DNA of 64,000 nt. Source: a bacterium. GTDB lineage: Bacteria; SAR324; NAC60-12. Of this stretch, positions 8,132 to 18,929 are shown in pieces; position 1 is the first letter of the stretch; every line of letters begins with the position of its first letter. The stretch lies in assembly GCA_965209155.1 (NCBI GenBank), contig OZ242383.1, positions 3,552,001-3,616,000 on the forward strand. Reading direction: 5' to 3'. The position numbers and the translations under genes were made by a program. The notes under the pieces are model-generated. The model did not search any database. It worked only from the letters and a program-made list of their open reading frames with translations, and was not told the origin of the DNA.

Positions 8132-10969
8132 CTATCTTCCATTCTTTAAATTCAGTTCCAATAGTTCACGCAGCGCGTCGTCTTCGGAGATGTCGGCAGA
8201 CCAACCGTAAGCGGTGGCGACGGCGGCATCGAGCGCGTCATGCGCATCGGCCAGCCATTGAGGACGCACATTGTAGAGGTTCGTGAGCGTACGGGCTTTG
8301 AGTTCCTTTGCCACCGCATCATTGCGGGCAACTGGTCGCTTTGGATAGCCGGGGACCGGTTCCTCGACCCATTCCACCCATTCCGGAGGATGGAGCCAGC
8401 GGTCACGCAATTCAACCAAGCGTCGCGCAGCTGTCGCGATGTTAACTGCGCGAGGCTCGTGCGCATATCTGGCGGCGGGAACGTCGGGAGAGAGTCCATC
8501 CGGGAAAGGAAAAGTTTCGAAGGTCGTGGTCGGTGTGTAGCGTGGGCGATCTTCCAAACTGGTTCCAAGTCGCAATGACCAAGCCTCATGAAAGCGGCTG
8601 TGCAGGATACCAAAGATGGTATCGTCGTCGCGTGCGATGACGATCAATTGATGGTCGGGACAGATACGAACGTCGCACCATACGAACAGACGATGCTTGG
8701 CGACGGTGGGTGTGGCGATATAGCGAGATAAACCGGTGAGAGTTCGCCATGACTCGGGACCAGGTGATACATGCTTCCACCAAAAGCGAGCCCGTGCCTT
8801 ATGACGACCTTTTTTCCTCATAGGCCGGACGTATTCCGCGATGTGAGCAAACGGTGATTCGTAAAGAGAGGCATCGGCTTCGTTCATAGAGAAACCGAAA
8901 TCAATAATCCATTTGCCTGCCGGACGGCGGGTTACGTCCATACCATTTATCCGCGGTTTAAGAACGTCAGTATTTGGTCGACCATTCGGATTGGCAGGAA
9001 GACGGAGCCACTTACGGGCAAGGTCTCCTGAAATGTCAAATGAGCCCCCCTTGATGTCTCCCATGAAGGCATGGCCTACGTTTCGAGCTATTTTCTGTGC
9101 TTTGGTGAGGTTGACCATCCCGGTCGTTAAATCGGAGTTCACATTCTTCACATGCTCCCCATTTAGCGTGACAGGTAACCCGTCCTCGGTGCCGGCAAAG
9201 CAAATGAGGGAAACACGAACTGCAGCCCCTTCGATCACCCAGGGCTCGTCCGACCAGGCATCAAAGACAACCCCATGCTCAACAATCCGGTCCAGTACCG
9301 GACGGTTGCGCCCGCCCCGGATGGAATTTGTCGCAACCAGACCGGCACGGGCAATCTTCCCGTCGGCGACCAGGCGCGCTGCTTTGTCGAACCAATAACA
9401 AACCAGATCGGCCTCACCATGTATCCTGGAAGCGAAATGGAGTTTCAAAGACTCCACATAATCGTCACCCAAACCTTTGCGTAAAAGTTTGCCTCCCAGA
9501 AATGGTGGATTGCCGATCACCACATCGGCTGCCGGCCATTCAGGCTCTTCACCCTCCGGCGTCAGGATGGCGTCGCGGCATTCGATGGTCTCCAGGGGTT
9601 CAAGAATCGGATCACTCGATCCGTTGAAACCGTTGCGCCGCATCCACTGGATTTCACCAATCCACACCGACACCCGCGCCAGTTCGGCGGCGTAAGGATT
9701 GATTTCGATGCCCTTCACATTGGCCGGCCCCACCGATGGAAACATCCGATGGAGACCAAGGGCTTCGGCTTCTAATTGCACCCGGTGCTCCAATTCTAAA
9801 AGCGTCTGTAATGCCAGATAGAGGAAATTTCCCGACCCGCAGGCAGGATCGAGCACGGTGAAATTCCTCAGTCGCTCGAGAAATTCGCGGAGTGATTTTT
9901 CCGCCTTCTCACGTTGTTGGTTCTTTACCGCTTTCGACCAGGTGATCTCACTTCGCTTCAGACAGGCTGCAATCTCATTTTTTTCCTTCTCCCATTCGGT
10001 GAGCCAGGGACGTTTCACCACCGGATCTATGATCAGCATGATCTTTTCATGGTCAGTATAGTGCGCACCGAGTTGAGAGCGTTTGTCAGGATCGAGTCCA
10101 CGTTCGAATAAGGTACCCAGGATCGAAGGATCAATTTCCGACCAGTCGAGGGTCGCTGTCGTCAATACCGTTTCGATCTCGGATTTCTCCAGTGAAAGAA
10201 CGGCATCATCATCGAACAATCCCCCATTGAACTTGTCCACTTCCTCGAACCCGACCCGGCCCCCTGAGGCCATTGCCCGGAACAAATCACCAGCCAATGC
10301 GGAAAAATCATCTGGTTTACGACGTGCTTGTTTCAGCATCCGTGTGAATAAGTCGTTTGGCAAAAGACCTACGTCTTCGGCAAACATACAAAACACAAGA
10401 CGATTGACGAAATGCGCGACCTCGTGGCTGTTGTGACCGCGTTCCCGTAACGACTGAGCGAGTGAGGCAAATTCCTTCGCCGCCCGCTCGGTGAGCGCCT
10501 GTCTGCTTTCACCGGGTTTCAACCGCTCGGGATCGGACAATGCCCATTTTAGCTTATTCCGGTTGGCTGCGTCCGTGAGATCATGCAAAGTGAACTCGTG
10601 CGTCTTGCTCACGCTGTTGGTCCAGTTGGTACGAATACGGAATCGCTCCATGTCGGAGACGATCAACAGCGGCGGGTTTTCCAAGGCGAGCGCGTATTGT
10701 CGCAACTGGTTGAATGCCAAGTCTAGATTCGCGTGCTTGCCCTTGTACTCCCAAGCGAAGTGGTGGTGTTTCCACACATCGGCCCAACCCTCTCCACCGG
10801 AATCCTTGCGCGCGCCACGCTCGAAACAATAGTGTTCACCACTCGGATCATCTTCCGCCGGCGTCGGTTCCCCGAGTAAGTGGCACAAGTCAATGAAGTG
10901 TTCCTGCGCAGCAGAGCGTTCCTTCAATGAAGACGCCTGCCACTTGCTGATGAATTCGACCGGAGTCAT
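8132..10969 (-). CDS. MmeI-like single-chain restriction-modification enzyme / N6-adenine methyltransferase
   Basis: AWEYK nuclease-like motif, LGAHYT, VLDPACGSGNF, GNPPF, RYTPTTTFETFPFP. Confidence 0.85.
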   Translation of the reverse strand: MTPVEFISKWQASSLKERSAAQEHFIDLCHLLGEPTPAEDDPSGEHYCFERGARKDSGGEGWADVWKHHHFAWEYKGKHANLDLAFNQLRQYALALENPPLLIVSDMERFRIRTNWTNSVSKTHEFTLHDLTDAANRNKLKWALSDPERLKPGESRQALTERAAKEFASLAQSLRERGHNSHEVAHFVNRLVFCMFAEDVGLLPNDLFTRMLKQARRKPDDFSALAGDLFRAMASGGRVGFEEVDKFNGGLFDDDAVLSLEKSEIETVLTTATLDWSEIDPSILGTLFERGLDPDKRSQLGAHYTDHEKIMLIIDPVVKRPWLTEWEKEKNEIAACLKRSEITWSKAVKNQQREKAEKSLREFLERLRNFTVLDPACGSGNFLYLALQTLLELEHRVQLEAEALGLHRMFPSVGPANVKGIEINPYAAELARVSVWIGEIQWMRRNGFNGSSDPILEPLETIECRDAILTPEGEEPEWPAADVVIGNPPFLGGKLLRKGLGDDYVESLKLHFASRIHGEADLVCYWFDKAARLVADGKIARAGLVATNSIRGGRNRPVLDRIVEHGVVFDAWSDEPWVIEGAAVRVSLICFAGTEDGLPVTLNGEHVKNVNSDLTTGMVNLTKAQKIARNVGHAFMGDIKGGSFDISGDLARKWLRLPANPNGRPNTDVLKPRINGMDVTRRPAGKWIIDFGFSMNEADASLYESPFAHIAEYVRPMRKKGRHKARARFWWKHVSPGPESWRTLTGLSRYIATPTVAKHRLFVWCDVRICPDHQLIVIARDDDTIFGILHSRFHEAWSLRLGTSLEDRPRYTPTTTFETFPFPDGLSPDVPAARYAHEPRAVNIATAARRLVELRDRWLHPPEWVEWVEEPVPGYPKRPVARNDAVAKELKARTLTNLYNVRPQWLADAHDALDAAVATAYGWSADISEDDALRELLELNLKNGR

Positions 10970-11194
10970 GATCGCCTCGCCTTGACGGGATCTTCTGCGT
11001 TGGGATTCAAATTCATGATACTTGTCTTTGACTGATCGAGGAGCAAGGCGTGCTGACTTCCGGGACTATTTCGTGTCCTGAATCGCAGCAAATGGGAAGA
11101 ATTTTCTGAAATGCTCGATCATTTCCATTGTTCTTGGTTTTAATAGTCTTTGGAATTGGGAGTCGCAAGTTGTTTTTGCCAGTGAAATAAAACT

Positions 11195-11430
11195 CGCATG
11201 CTCAAAAAGCTCCGGGTTAAAGTAACATTGACCCTGGCAATTCGAATCATATTTTCAGCAGTGTTTTTGAGGTTTTCAAGATCTTTGGCTCATCTTCTGA
11301 ATCCCCCGAACCAAACGAAGGCACGCTCCACAATCCACAGTTTTTTCGAGAGCTCCCACTGCCTTTGGTTCCTTCAGAGATGTCGAGTTTGAATCCCAAC
11401 ACCTTTTCCACAAACTCCGGCGAAGTCCCA
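11195..11430 (-). pseudogene. IS5-family transposase C-terminal remnant
   Basis: Manual translation KLWIVERAFVWFGGFRR*AKDLE...ENMIRIA matches the IS5 RWxVERxF..RRLxKD tail; contains a stop and a frameshift. Confidence 0.7.
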
Positions 11431-11671
11431 TTCTTCATACGCCTCCACTTGATCATTCGTGTTGCTACTTTCTCGGGTTTTGCTTACCATATTCATGCGA
11501 TCCGCGTTCATTGGGTTGAGATTTGTGTGGTAAATGAAACCATAACGTAACGAATGTGAGTTCTTCTTTCAATTTTCATCTGAATTCATGACAATTCCTT
11601 GATTCAGTTCAGAGAATAGTAAAAAACCAGAAGGGTAGTGGGATAAGTAGTTGTTTTATGGAAGGGATAAT

Positions 11672-11938
11672 ATGTCTATTTACGTTGTAGTTATAAGTGG
11701 TCCAGATAAGGATCCTGATGTGATAAAGCGAATTAAAGAAAATTGGCCTGATAATTATTATCCATATTTAGAAAATACTATACTTATTGCACCCCAAAAA
11801 CCGACTTTCGTAGATGATATAACTGAAAAAATTGGTTTTTCAAAACAAGGTAAGTCAACAGGATTTGTTTGTCAGATTGGGGCAATACAAGGGGATACGT
11901 CTTCAAAACTATGGGAGTGGATATCACGTTATGAATGA
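11672..11938 (+). CDS. Small hypothetical protein (possible Cas2-like ferredoxin fold)
   Basis: 88 aa, low GC, purine-rich RBS, ends GDTSSKLWEWI; overlaps next ORF. Confidence 0.55.
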   Translation: MSIYVVVISGPDKDPDVIKRIKENWPDNYYPYLENTILIAPQKPTFVDDITEKIGFSKQGKSTGFVCQIGAIQGDTSSKLWEWISRYE

Positions 11939-12239
11939 TAAAATTACAGATTTGGAGAGCTATAGATCAAATCGAACTAAAAGCGACTATGGTCAAGGCA
12001 ATGGGGGAATCATTCGATATCGATTGAGTATACTGGAGGAAAATGTCAAGGAGATTAAATCCGAACAAAAAGAAATTAGAAATAAACTAAATTACATAAT
12101 GAATAATCTCAAAGAAATTAAAGGAGAACTTAAAAGAACACCAGGCACTTGCACGATTTTTTCATTTATAACGTTACCTTTATTGATTGCGGTATTGGTG
12201 TTAATCTTCAAAGAGCAGATTGTGCTTTTAATTCCATGA
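11931..12239 (+). CDS. Hypothetical coiled-coil protein with C-terminal TM helix
   Basis: RLSILEENVKEIKSEQKEIR heptads then IFSFITLPLLIAVLVLIF. Confidence 0.55.
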   Translation: MNDKITDLESYRSNRTKSDYGQGNGGIIRYRLSILEENVKEIKSEQKEIRNKLNYIMNNLKEIKGELKRTPGTCTIFSFITLPLLIAVLVLIFKEQIVLLIP

Positions 12240-12468
12240 TTGATTCCCTTGTCAAAGACGGGCAATCGGTTTTCCTATGAAATCGATTGAAGTCGGTGGA
12301 CCAAACCATTTTTTAAGATGCTTCAAATACGGACTCAACATGCTGGAGTAATTCGATGGGAATTCTATTTCAGAGCAGGTGAATAGAATGATTCGAATGC
12401 GCCTCTCTGGTCGAATGACTTCCAGAGTAGTCGTTCGTAATCCGATCAACCCATATTTGGAGCATGTT

Positions 12469-14364
12469 ATGAATATAAAAAAAGAGGACCTCCCGCTCGA
12501 CGAGTTTGGTGCAATCAACTTCTCGCATGAAGGGGAAACCGAATTCGATCTAGTTCTGGAACGGGCTCTTTCCCGACGTCGCTTTTTAGGAGGCGTCGCT
12601 TCCGTCGGGGTGAGCGCCTTCCTGTTGAGTGCTGGTGCGTTGATTCCCAAAAACGGGAGCGCAAAAGGCAGGCTACTGAATTTTGATGCGATTCCTGCTA
12701 ACAGTCGGGACACGGTCTCGGTACCGCGAGGTTACAGTTGGCACGTTGTGGTTGCCTGGGGTGATCCGATGTGGTCAAAAGGCTCCCGCTTCAACCACAC
12801 GACCCGGGGAAGCGGAGCCAGTCAGGAATTGGCATTTGGCGACAACAACGACGGTATGGCATTTTTGAACGTCGATGGGCATTCCCTGCTGGTTGTCAAT
12901 AATGAGTACGTGAATCAAAAAATAATTTACGGGAATCGCGCAAGCGGAGCAGTGGAAAATGCGGACGACGTGCGTAAAGGCAAAGCAGCCCACGGAATCA
13001 GCATCGTGGAGATTTCCAAAAAAATGGGACGCTGGAGCATCGTCGTGGATTCTTCCTTCAACCGTAGAATCACGGCGGATTCTCCCATGGAAATCACGGG
13101 TCCGGCACGTGGACACGATTTGCTGAAAACCGCCGCCGATCCCTCGGGGACGCAATCCCTGGGAACCTGGAACAATTGTGGAAACGGTCGCACTCCCTGG
13201 GGCACTTATCTCACCTGCGAAGAGAATTTCAACGGGTATTTCTCGAGCAGCAATCCCGATCTCCCCTTGTCAGCGGCCATGAAGCGTTACGGCATCGGCA
13301 TCAAAGACAGTGGCTATGCCTGGGCCACGACTGATGAACGATTCGACCTCAGCAAGCATCCCCATGAGCCGAATCGCGCCGGTTATATCGTCGAGGTCGA
13401 CCCCACCGACCCCACTTCGACTCCTAACAAAAGAACGGCGCTGGGGCGCTTCAAACACGAAAACGTAGAAGTGGTGGTGGCAAAAAATGGCCACGTGGTT
13501 GCTTATTCGGGAGACGATGAACGGGGTGAGTTCCTCTATAAGTTCGTTTCGCGGGATAAGTACATAGAAGGAGGCAACAATGCGGAACTTCTGGCAGATG
13601 GAAGGCTTTACGTCGCCCGGTTCAGTGAGACGGGACGTGGAGTGTGGATCGAACTGACCCCGGCCACTACCGGGATGTCTTCCCAGGCCGAAATTTCAAT
13701 TCATACCCGGCAGGCGGCCTCTGCCGTTGGAGCCACCACGATGGATCGACCGGAATGGGTGGCAGCCAACCCCATGAAAGTGGAGGCTTATTGCGCATTG
13801 ACCAACAACAAGAACCGTGGCATCCAACCCAATGCCGGAGGAGACCCCACCCCGGTTGGTGGTCCCAATCCTCGCAAGGCGAACCACTATGGTCAAATCG
13901 TACGTTGGATACCGGACCATGAAGATCATTCCGCGACTGGTTTTCGGTGGGACCTGTTTGTGGTGGCCGGCAATCCAACCGTCCACCAGGATGCTTATGC
14001 CGGATCCGACAACGTCCATAAAGACAACATGTTCAATTCTCCCGACGGAATTGCCTTCGACAGGCAAGGAGGCCTGTGGATCCAGACCGACGGGAACTAT
14101 TCCAACAGCGAGGATTTTGCCGGACAAGGCAACAATCAAATGTTGCTGGGGGATACCGTAACGGGTGAAATCAAACGCTTCCTGGTCGGACCGAGGGAAT
14201 GCGAAATCACGGGAATGGCCTGGAGCAGCGATAGAAAAACGATGTTCGTGGGCATCCAACATCCCGGAGAAGAAGGAAATTCCCATTTTCCCGGAGGAGG
14301 TGAAAGCGTTCCCAGGTCATGCGTGATCGCCATCAACAAGGATGACGGCAGTTTGATCGGTTGA
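12469..14364 (+). CDS. phoX: PhoX-family alkaline phosphatase, Tat-exported
   Basis: SRRRFL Tat motif, NNDGM, TPWGTYLTCEEN, GRFKHE, MDRPEW, SPDG, QHPGE. Confidence 0.93.
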   Translation: MNIKKEDLPLDEFGAINFSHEGETEFDLVLERALSRRRFLGGVASVGVSAFLLSAGALIPKNGSAKGRLLNFDAIPANSRDTVSVPRGYSWHVVVAWGDPMWSKGSRFNHTTRGSGASQELAFGDNNDGMAFLNVDGHSLLVVNNEYVNQKIIYGNRASGAVENADDVRKGKAAHGISIVEISKKMGRWSIVVDSSFNRRITADSPMEITGPARGHDLLKTAADPSGTQSLGTWNNCGNGRTPWGTYLTCEENFNGYFSSSNPDLPLSAAMKRYGIGIKDSGYAWATTDERFDLSKHPHEPNRAGYIVEVDPTDPTSTPNKRTALGRFKHENVEVVVAKNGHVVAYSGDDERGEFLYKFVSRDKYIEGGNNAELLADGRLYVARFSETGRGVWIELTPATTGMSSQAEISIHTRQAASAVGATTMDRPEWVAANPMKVEAYCALTNNKNRGIQPNAGGDPTPVGGPNPRKANHYGQIVRWIPDHEDHSATGFRWDLFVVAGNPTVHQDAYAGSDNVHKDNMFNSPDGIAFDRQGGLWIQTDGNYSNSEDFAGQGNNQMLLGDTVTGEIKRFLVGPRECEITGMAWSSDRKTMFVGIQHPGEEGNSHFPGGGESVPRSCVIAINKDDGSLIG

Positions 14365-14406
14365 GCGCAACCCATGGCAGGGAAAAGGGGAAATTCGACA
14401 GGCGCG

Positions 14407-17400
14407 TCACCGGTGCTTCGCAGCTTTTCCAAAACCTCCGCCTCCCGGAGTCATGATGCGGATGCGCTCCCCGGCCTGAGCCCGGATTTCGTTTTTCCCT
14501 CCCAAATTGAGTACCCTGCCATCTTGGCGAATGAACAGGTTCTGCCCTTGCATTCCGGGCTCTCCCCCCTCCAGCCCGTAAGGCGCGAAAGCACGCCTTT
14601 CCGAAAGGATGGCGACGTTAAGTGGTTCCAGAAATTCTATCTCCCGGATCATCCCGTCGCCCCCATTGAATGTTCCATGTCCTCCTGATCCTTGACGAAT
14701 ACTGAATTCCCGCAAGATCACGGGATAGCGTCGTTCCAGAATTTCAGGGTCGGTGATACGGGTATTGGTCATGTGGGTGTGGACGGCGGACTGACCATGC
14801 CAGGAAGGTCCGGCGCCGGCTCCTCCGCCTATGGTTTCGTAATAACCGAAACGCTCGTTCCCGAAGGTCAGGTTGTTGGTGCATCCCTGGGACGCCGCCG
14901 CGGCCTTAAAGGCTTTCAGCACAACGTCGGTGACGCGTTGAGAAGTGAGTACGTTGCCACCAACCACCGCTGCCTGTTCTGAAGGAGCCAACAACGAACC
15001 GTCTTCGATGATCACTTCAATGGGATTCAAACAGCCCTGGTTGAGGGGAATGTCCTCCTGGATGAGACAACGCAGGGAATAAATGAGGGCCGATTGCGTC
15101 ACGGCGCGCGGCGCGTTCAAATTCCCCCATATTTCCGCGCCGGTTCCCCGGAAATCGAATATAGCGCTTCCGTCCCGCCGGTCGATCGTCAAATGCAGGA
15201 TTATGGGGCTCCCGTCATCCAGAAAATCCCTGGCAGTGACCGTGTCCACCTCAGCCAGACCCCGGGAAAGAGACAGGCGTTGAAACATATTTCTCACCGC
15301 CTGCTCCGCATTGCCCTGGATATGATGCATGTAGGCTTGCACGACAGGCAGGGAATATTGCTCAATCATCTCCACCAGCAGGTCCACCCCGCGTTGATTG
15401 GCCGCTACTTGCGCTTTCAGGTCCGAAATATTGTCCTTGATCCGACGTGTCCCGCTGATGACCGCCAAGTGCGGAGCGCGCCGGATTTTTCCCGGGGCAA
15501 AAAGCAATTCGCGTATTCCTGTTTCGTTGAATGATCCCCCAGTCACCAGTTTAAAACTCTCGATGCAGGCTCCTTCTTCTTCCAGGACACGGGAAAAAGG
15601 CGGCATGGAACCCGGAGAAATGCCTCCGATTTCCGCATGGTGGCCCCGGCTGGCCACAAAAAAGATCGGTTTTCTGTTTTGCCACACGGGAGTAATGACG
15701 GTGATATCGGGAAGGTGACTGCCCCCGGCCGATGGATGGTTCGATACCAACACGTCGCCGGTTTTCAGTTTTTCTCCTTGCAATCGTACCTGCTCACGGA
15801 CAGCTTCACTCATCGCACCCAAGTGTACCGGTACGTGAGGCGCGTTGGCCACGAGGCCCCCCGTCTCGTCAAAAATGGCGCAAGAAAAATCGAGACGCTC
15901 CTTGATATTGACGGAGATCGCAGTACGCTCCAGGATGCGTCCCATTTGTTCGGCAATGGACATGAAAAGGTTACTGAAAATGGATAGCTGGATGGGGTCG
16001 ACTCGAGCGTTGACGATGAGGCGACCTTTTGATTCCAGGTGGTTGCCCGTACCGGTATGTCGAGAGTCGCGGTCCGCCCTCGGGTGTATGGGACTCACCG
16101 TAATCGCCACGTCTCCAAATTTTGTAATTTCTGCCCGGCACCCTGGTTCGACGAGAATGGTGGACGTGTCTTGCATGAGAATTGCGGGTCCAGGCAGGGA
16201 TTGTCCGGCCTCTAAGGTTTCCAGGCGGTAAATCGGCGTGTCCAACCAGCCTTCCTTGAAATAACAGCGGGTCCGGGTCTCGGCTTGGGGAAGGATTCCC
16301 CGACACGCAACGGGGAATTTTTTCAAGGCGGGGGATTTGGCGATTGCCCGCACGCGAAGGTCATCGACCAGGATGGGGCGATCATGCAAATCAAATCCAA
16401 ATTCCCTCAGGTACGTATCGCGGAAGATTCGTTCAAAATCATTGTCATGCGGCTGTTTGATCATACGGGCCGTGTCGGTCCCCTCGAATCGAAGATTGAG
16501 ATAGCATTGCAATTGGATACTTTCGGGAGGATATCCTTGATCCCGAAGCGTTTTCACGGCAGTTTGCGCCAGGGCCTGCAGCCGTGGCAACTCTTTTTGT
16601 TGAAGCGAATCATGGTTGTAAAGGGAAGCGGAGGGTTCTTGCTTTTCTACCACCACGTCGGCCAACCCCATTCCATAGGCGGAAAGAATTCCGGCAAAAC
16701 GATGGATGAAAATTTTGGAGATCCCCAGTTCCCGGGCAATGGCGCAGGCATGTTGTCCGCCTGCGCCTCCGAAACAAGCCAGCACGTGTTCCTTGCTGTC
16801 ATAACCTCGCATGACGGATATTTCACGGATCGGACGAACCATGACCTCATTGGCCACTTCCAGAAATCCCAAGGCGACTTCCTCCTCAGTCAACGGCTTC
16901 GATCCCTTGCTTACGTAATGGGAGTTGATTTCTTTCGTCAAGTTTTCAAATGCTTGCCGGGATGCGTCCTCATCGAGGGGCAGGTCTTCGGATTTTCCAA
17001 AAATCCTGGGGAAATAGTCCTTGTGCAGACGACCGAGGAACAAGTTGGCGTCGGTAAGGGTCAGGTAACCTTGTTTACGGTAACAAAGCGGGCCGGGATG
17101 GGCTCCTGCCGATTCGGGACCCACTTCAAACATGCCATTGCGGAAAAACAAACGGGAGCCTCCTCCCGCCGCCACCGTCCTGATTTGCATTTGAGGCGCT
17201 TGGATGCGGACTCCGGCCGTTTCCGTTTCATGTACGAGTTCATATTCTCCTCCAAAGCGGGAAACGTCGGTGGACGTGCCACCCATATCAAAACCGATGA
17301 CGGGTTGCCGGGTTTCCCGATTCCAGGTTGTCATCGCATAACCCACCACTCCGCCTGCTGGTCCGGACAGGATGGCATTGCTGCCCTTGAAACGACCGGC

Positions 17401-18252
17401 ACCGACCAGTCCCCCATCCGATTGCATGAACAACAAAGGCGTATGGGCCAAGCGGTCGTTGAAACCCATGCGAAAACTGTTCAAATATTGGTGAATATGC
17501 GGAGTGAGATAAGCATCCACGGAGGTGGTGTCTCCACGGGCTACCATTTTTACCATCGGCATCACTTCATGAGAAAGCGATACCTGCGTAAAACCGATTT
17601 CCCGGGCAAGGCCACCCACTTTTTTTTCGTGCTCATGGAAGGTGTAGCCATGGATAAAGACCACCGCCACGCTACGAATTCCGCCTGCATACTCCACCTC
17701 GAGTTGACGTCGCACCTGCTCCCAATCGGGCTCTTGCAGGATCAGCAATCGTTCCCCGGAAATTCCTTCCACCACCCGCGCCTCTTCCCAGGCTTCTTCT
17801 TTCCGTAAGAGCCTCACGCGTTCGTCCACCTCGATCACGGATTGATACAACAAACGGGGCTTCTTGATTTCCAGGTCGAAAATCCGGGGGCGGTTCTGGT
17901 TGCCGATACGCAGGAGATCGCCGAATCCCCTGGTGGTCACCAAAACCGTTCTCGCGCCTTTTCGTTCCAGTAAGGCATTGGTTGCCACCGTGGTACCCAT
18001 CCGGATCCATTCGATCGATTCCGTGGGAATTCGCGTTTGTTGGGATGCGTCTTTCGGGAAAGAAGCGCCCGTCACTTCCTGCAAAATACGCCGGATGCCT
18101 TCCCGCGGCGCGTCCGGGTAGTTTTGAGGGTCCTCGGAAAGGAGCTTCACTACCCGGAATCCCGGCTCTCCGGGAATTTCCGCGTACACGTCGGTGAACG
18201 TCCCTCCCCGGTCGATGGAAAAACGAATTTTTGCAGGTTCAAAATCGCTCAA
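14407..18252 (-). CDS. 5-oxoprolinase, fused hydantoinase A/B type
   Basis: IDRGGTFTD, MGTTVATNALLERKG, DMGGTSTD, ERLDFSCA, TPGGGGFG; TTG start. Confidence 0.93.
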   Translation of the reverse strand: MSDFEPAKIRFSIDRGGTFTDVYAEIPGEPGFRVVKLLSEDPQNYPDAPREGIRRILQEVTGASFPKDASQQTRIPTESIEWIRMGTTVATNALLERKGARTVLVTTRGFGDLLRIGNQNRPRIFDLEIKKPRLLYQSVIEVDERVRLLRKEEAWEEARVVEGISGERLLILQEPDWEQVRRQLEVEYAGGIRSVAVVFIHGYTFHEHEKKVGGLAREIGFTQVSLSHEVMPMVKMVARGDTTSVDAYLTPHIHQYLNSFRMGFNDRLAHTPLLFMQSDGGLVGAGRFKGSNAILSGPAGGVVGYAMTTWNRETRQPVIGFDMGGTSTDVSRFGGEYELVHETETAGVRIQAPQMQIRTVAAGGGSRLFFRNGMFEVGPESAGAHPGPLCYRKQGYLTLTDANLFLGRLHKDYFPRIFGKSEDLPLDEDASRQAFENLTKEINSHYVSKGSKPLTEEEVALGFLEVANEVMVRPIREISVMRGYDSKEHVLACFGGAGGQHACAIARELGISKIFIHRFAGILSAYGMGLADVVVEKQEPSASLYNHDSLQQKELPRLQALAQTAVKTLRDQGYPPESIQLQCYLNLRFEGTDTARMIKQPHDNDFERIFRDTYLREFGFDLHDRPILVDDLRVRAIAKSPALKKFPVACRGILPQAETRTRCYFKEGWLDTPIYRLETLEAGQSLPGPAILMQDTSTILVEPGCRAEITKFGDVAITVSPIHPRADRDSRHTGTGNHLESKGRLIVNARVDPIQLSIFSNLFMSIAEQMGRILERTAISVNIKERLDFSCAIFDETGGLVANAPHVPVHLGAMSEAVREQVRLQGEKLKTGDVLVSNHPSAGGSHLPDITVITPVWQNRKPIFFVASRGHHAEIGGISPGSMPPFSRVLEEEGACIESFKLVTGGSFNETGIRELLFAPGKIRRAPHLAVISGTRRIKDNISDLKAQVAANQRGVDLLVEMIEQYSLPVVQAYMHHIQGNAEQAVRNMFQRLSLSRGLAEVDTVTARDFLDDGSPIILHLTIDRRDGSAIFDFRGTGAEIWGNLNAPRAVTQSALIYSLRCLIQEDIPLNQGCLNPIEVIIEDGSLLAPSEQAAVVGGNVLTSQRVTDVVLKAFKAAAASQGCTNNLTFGNERFGYYETIGGGAGAGPSWHGQSAVHTHMTNTRITDPEILERRYPVILREFSIRQGSGGHGTFNGGDGMIREIEFLEPLNVAILSERRAFAPYGLEGGEPGMQGQNLFIRQDGRVLNLGGKNEIRAQAGERIRIMTPGGGGFGKAAKHR

Positions 18253-18372
18253 GAAAGAATCCCGTGTCTATACGAAATGATTATTTTACGTGTGATCAAG
18301 CAGAACAATGAATTTTTATGATCTGCCACACCTTTCCCACCAGGACCCGCCGTCCGGATGCTCAGTTCCAGG

Positions 18373-18750
18373 TCAATCGATGATATATGTGTGCGTGATG
18401 ACTTCCCAGACATGACCATCATCGCAGTCAAAATAAAATCCTCGTCCCTGGTGCAAGTGGTTGATCTTGCCATTCTTGCGCTGCATCGGGGTGCTGCCGA
18501 AGGATCGCTTTTCATCCTTCAACCTTTGAAGGATTTCATCGAATTCCTTGTCGGATGCCAGAAAAGCGTAGTGGTGCGCATCGAATTGATCCATAGTGCA
18601 GAAGTCAAGCGTGAGGAATTCATTGATTGGTACCGGAGCAAAGCCCTTCCAAAGCCCCTCGTACTTTAAACCCAGCACCCGCGCGATGAAGGAAGCGGAC
18701 TTCTCATTATCGTAAGCAGGGACGATGGTATGATCGAGTTGTAGTGCCAT
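18373..18750 (-). CDS. VOC/glyoxalase family protein
   Basis: LDHTIV, HYAF, GRGFYFDCDDGHVWEVIT. Confidence 0.85.
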   Translation of the reverse strand: MALQLDHTIVPAYDNEKSASFIARVLGLKYEGLWKGFAPVPINEFLTLDFCTMDQFDAHHYAFLASDKEFDEILQRLKDEKRSFGSTPMQRKNGKINHLHQGRGFYFDCDDGHVWEVITHTYIID

Positions 18751-18817
18751 GTTTGATATTTTTCTCGGGTTGAACTACAAGGAAATATCACAACGTGAAT
18801 CAAGAGTTAAAAAACGT

Positions 18818-18921
18818 GTCATTCCTGGCTTGACCAGGAATCCAGGGGATACGGGTGATATTTTGGATTCCGGATCATCCTGGTCCCGGATCAAGTCCGG
18901 GATGATACGGGACCAGCATGA
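18818..18921. repeat. Composite nested REP-like palindrome, homologous to 27056-27160 (inverted)
   Basis: gtcattcctggcttgaccaggaatcc...ggatcatcctggtcccggatcaagtccgggatgatacgggaccagcatgac. Confidence 0.75.
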
Positions 18922-18929
18922 CACATCAA

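Noticed and set aside
16285..17808. 507-aa + strand ORF and other long antisense ORFs
   Set aside because: Shadow frames of well-supported GC-rich genes
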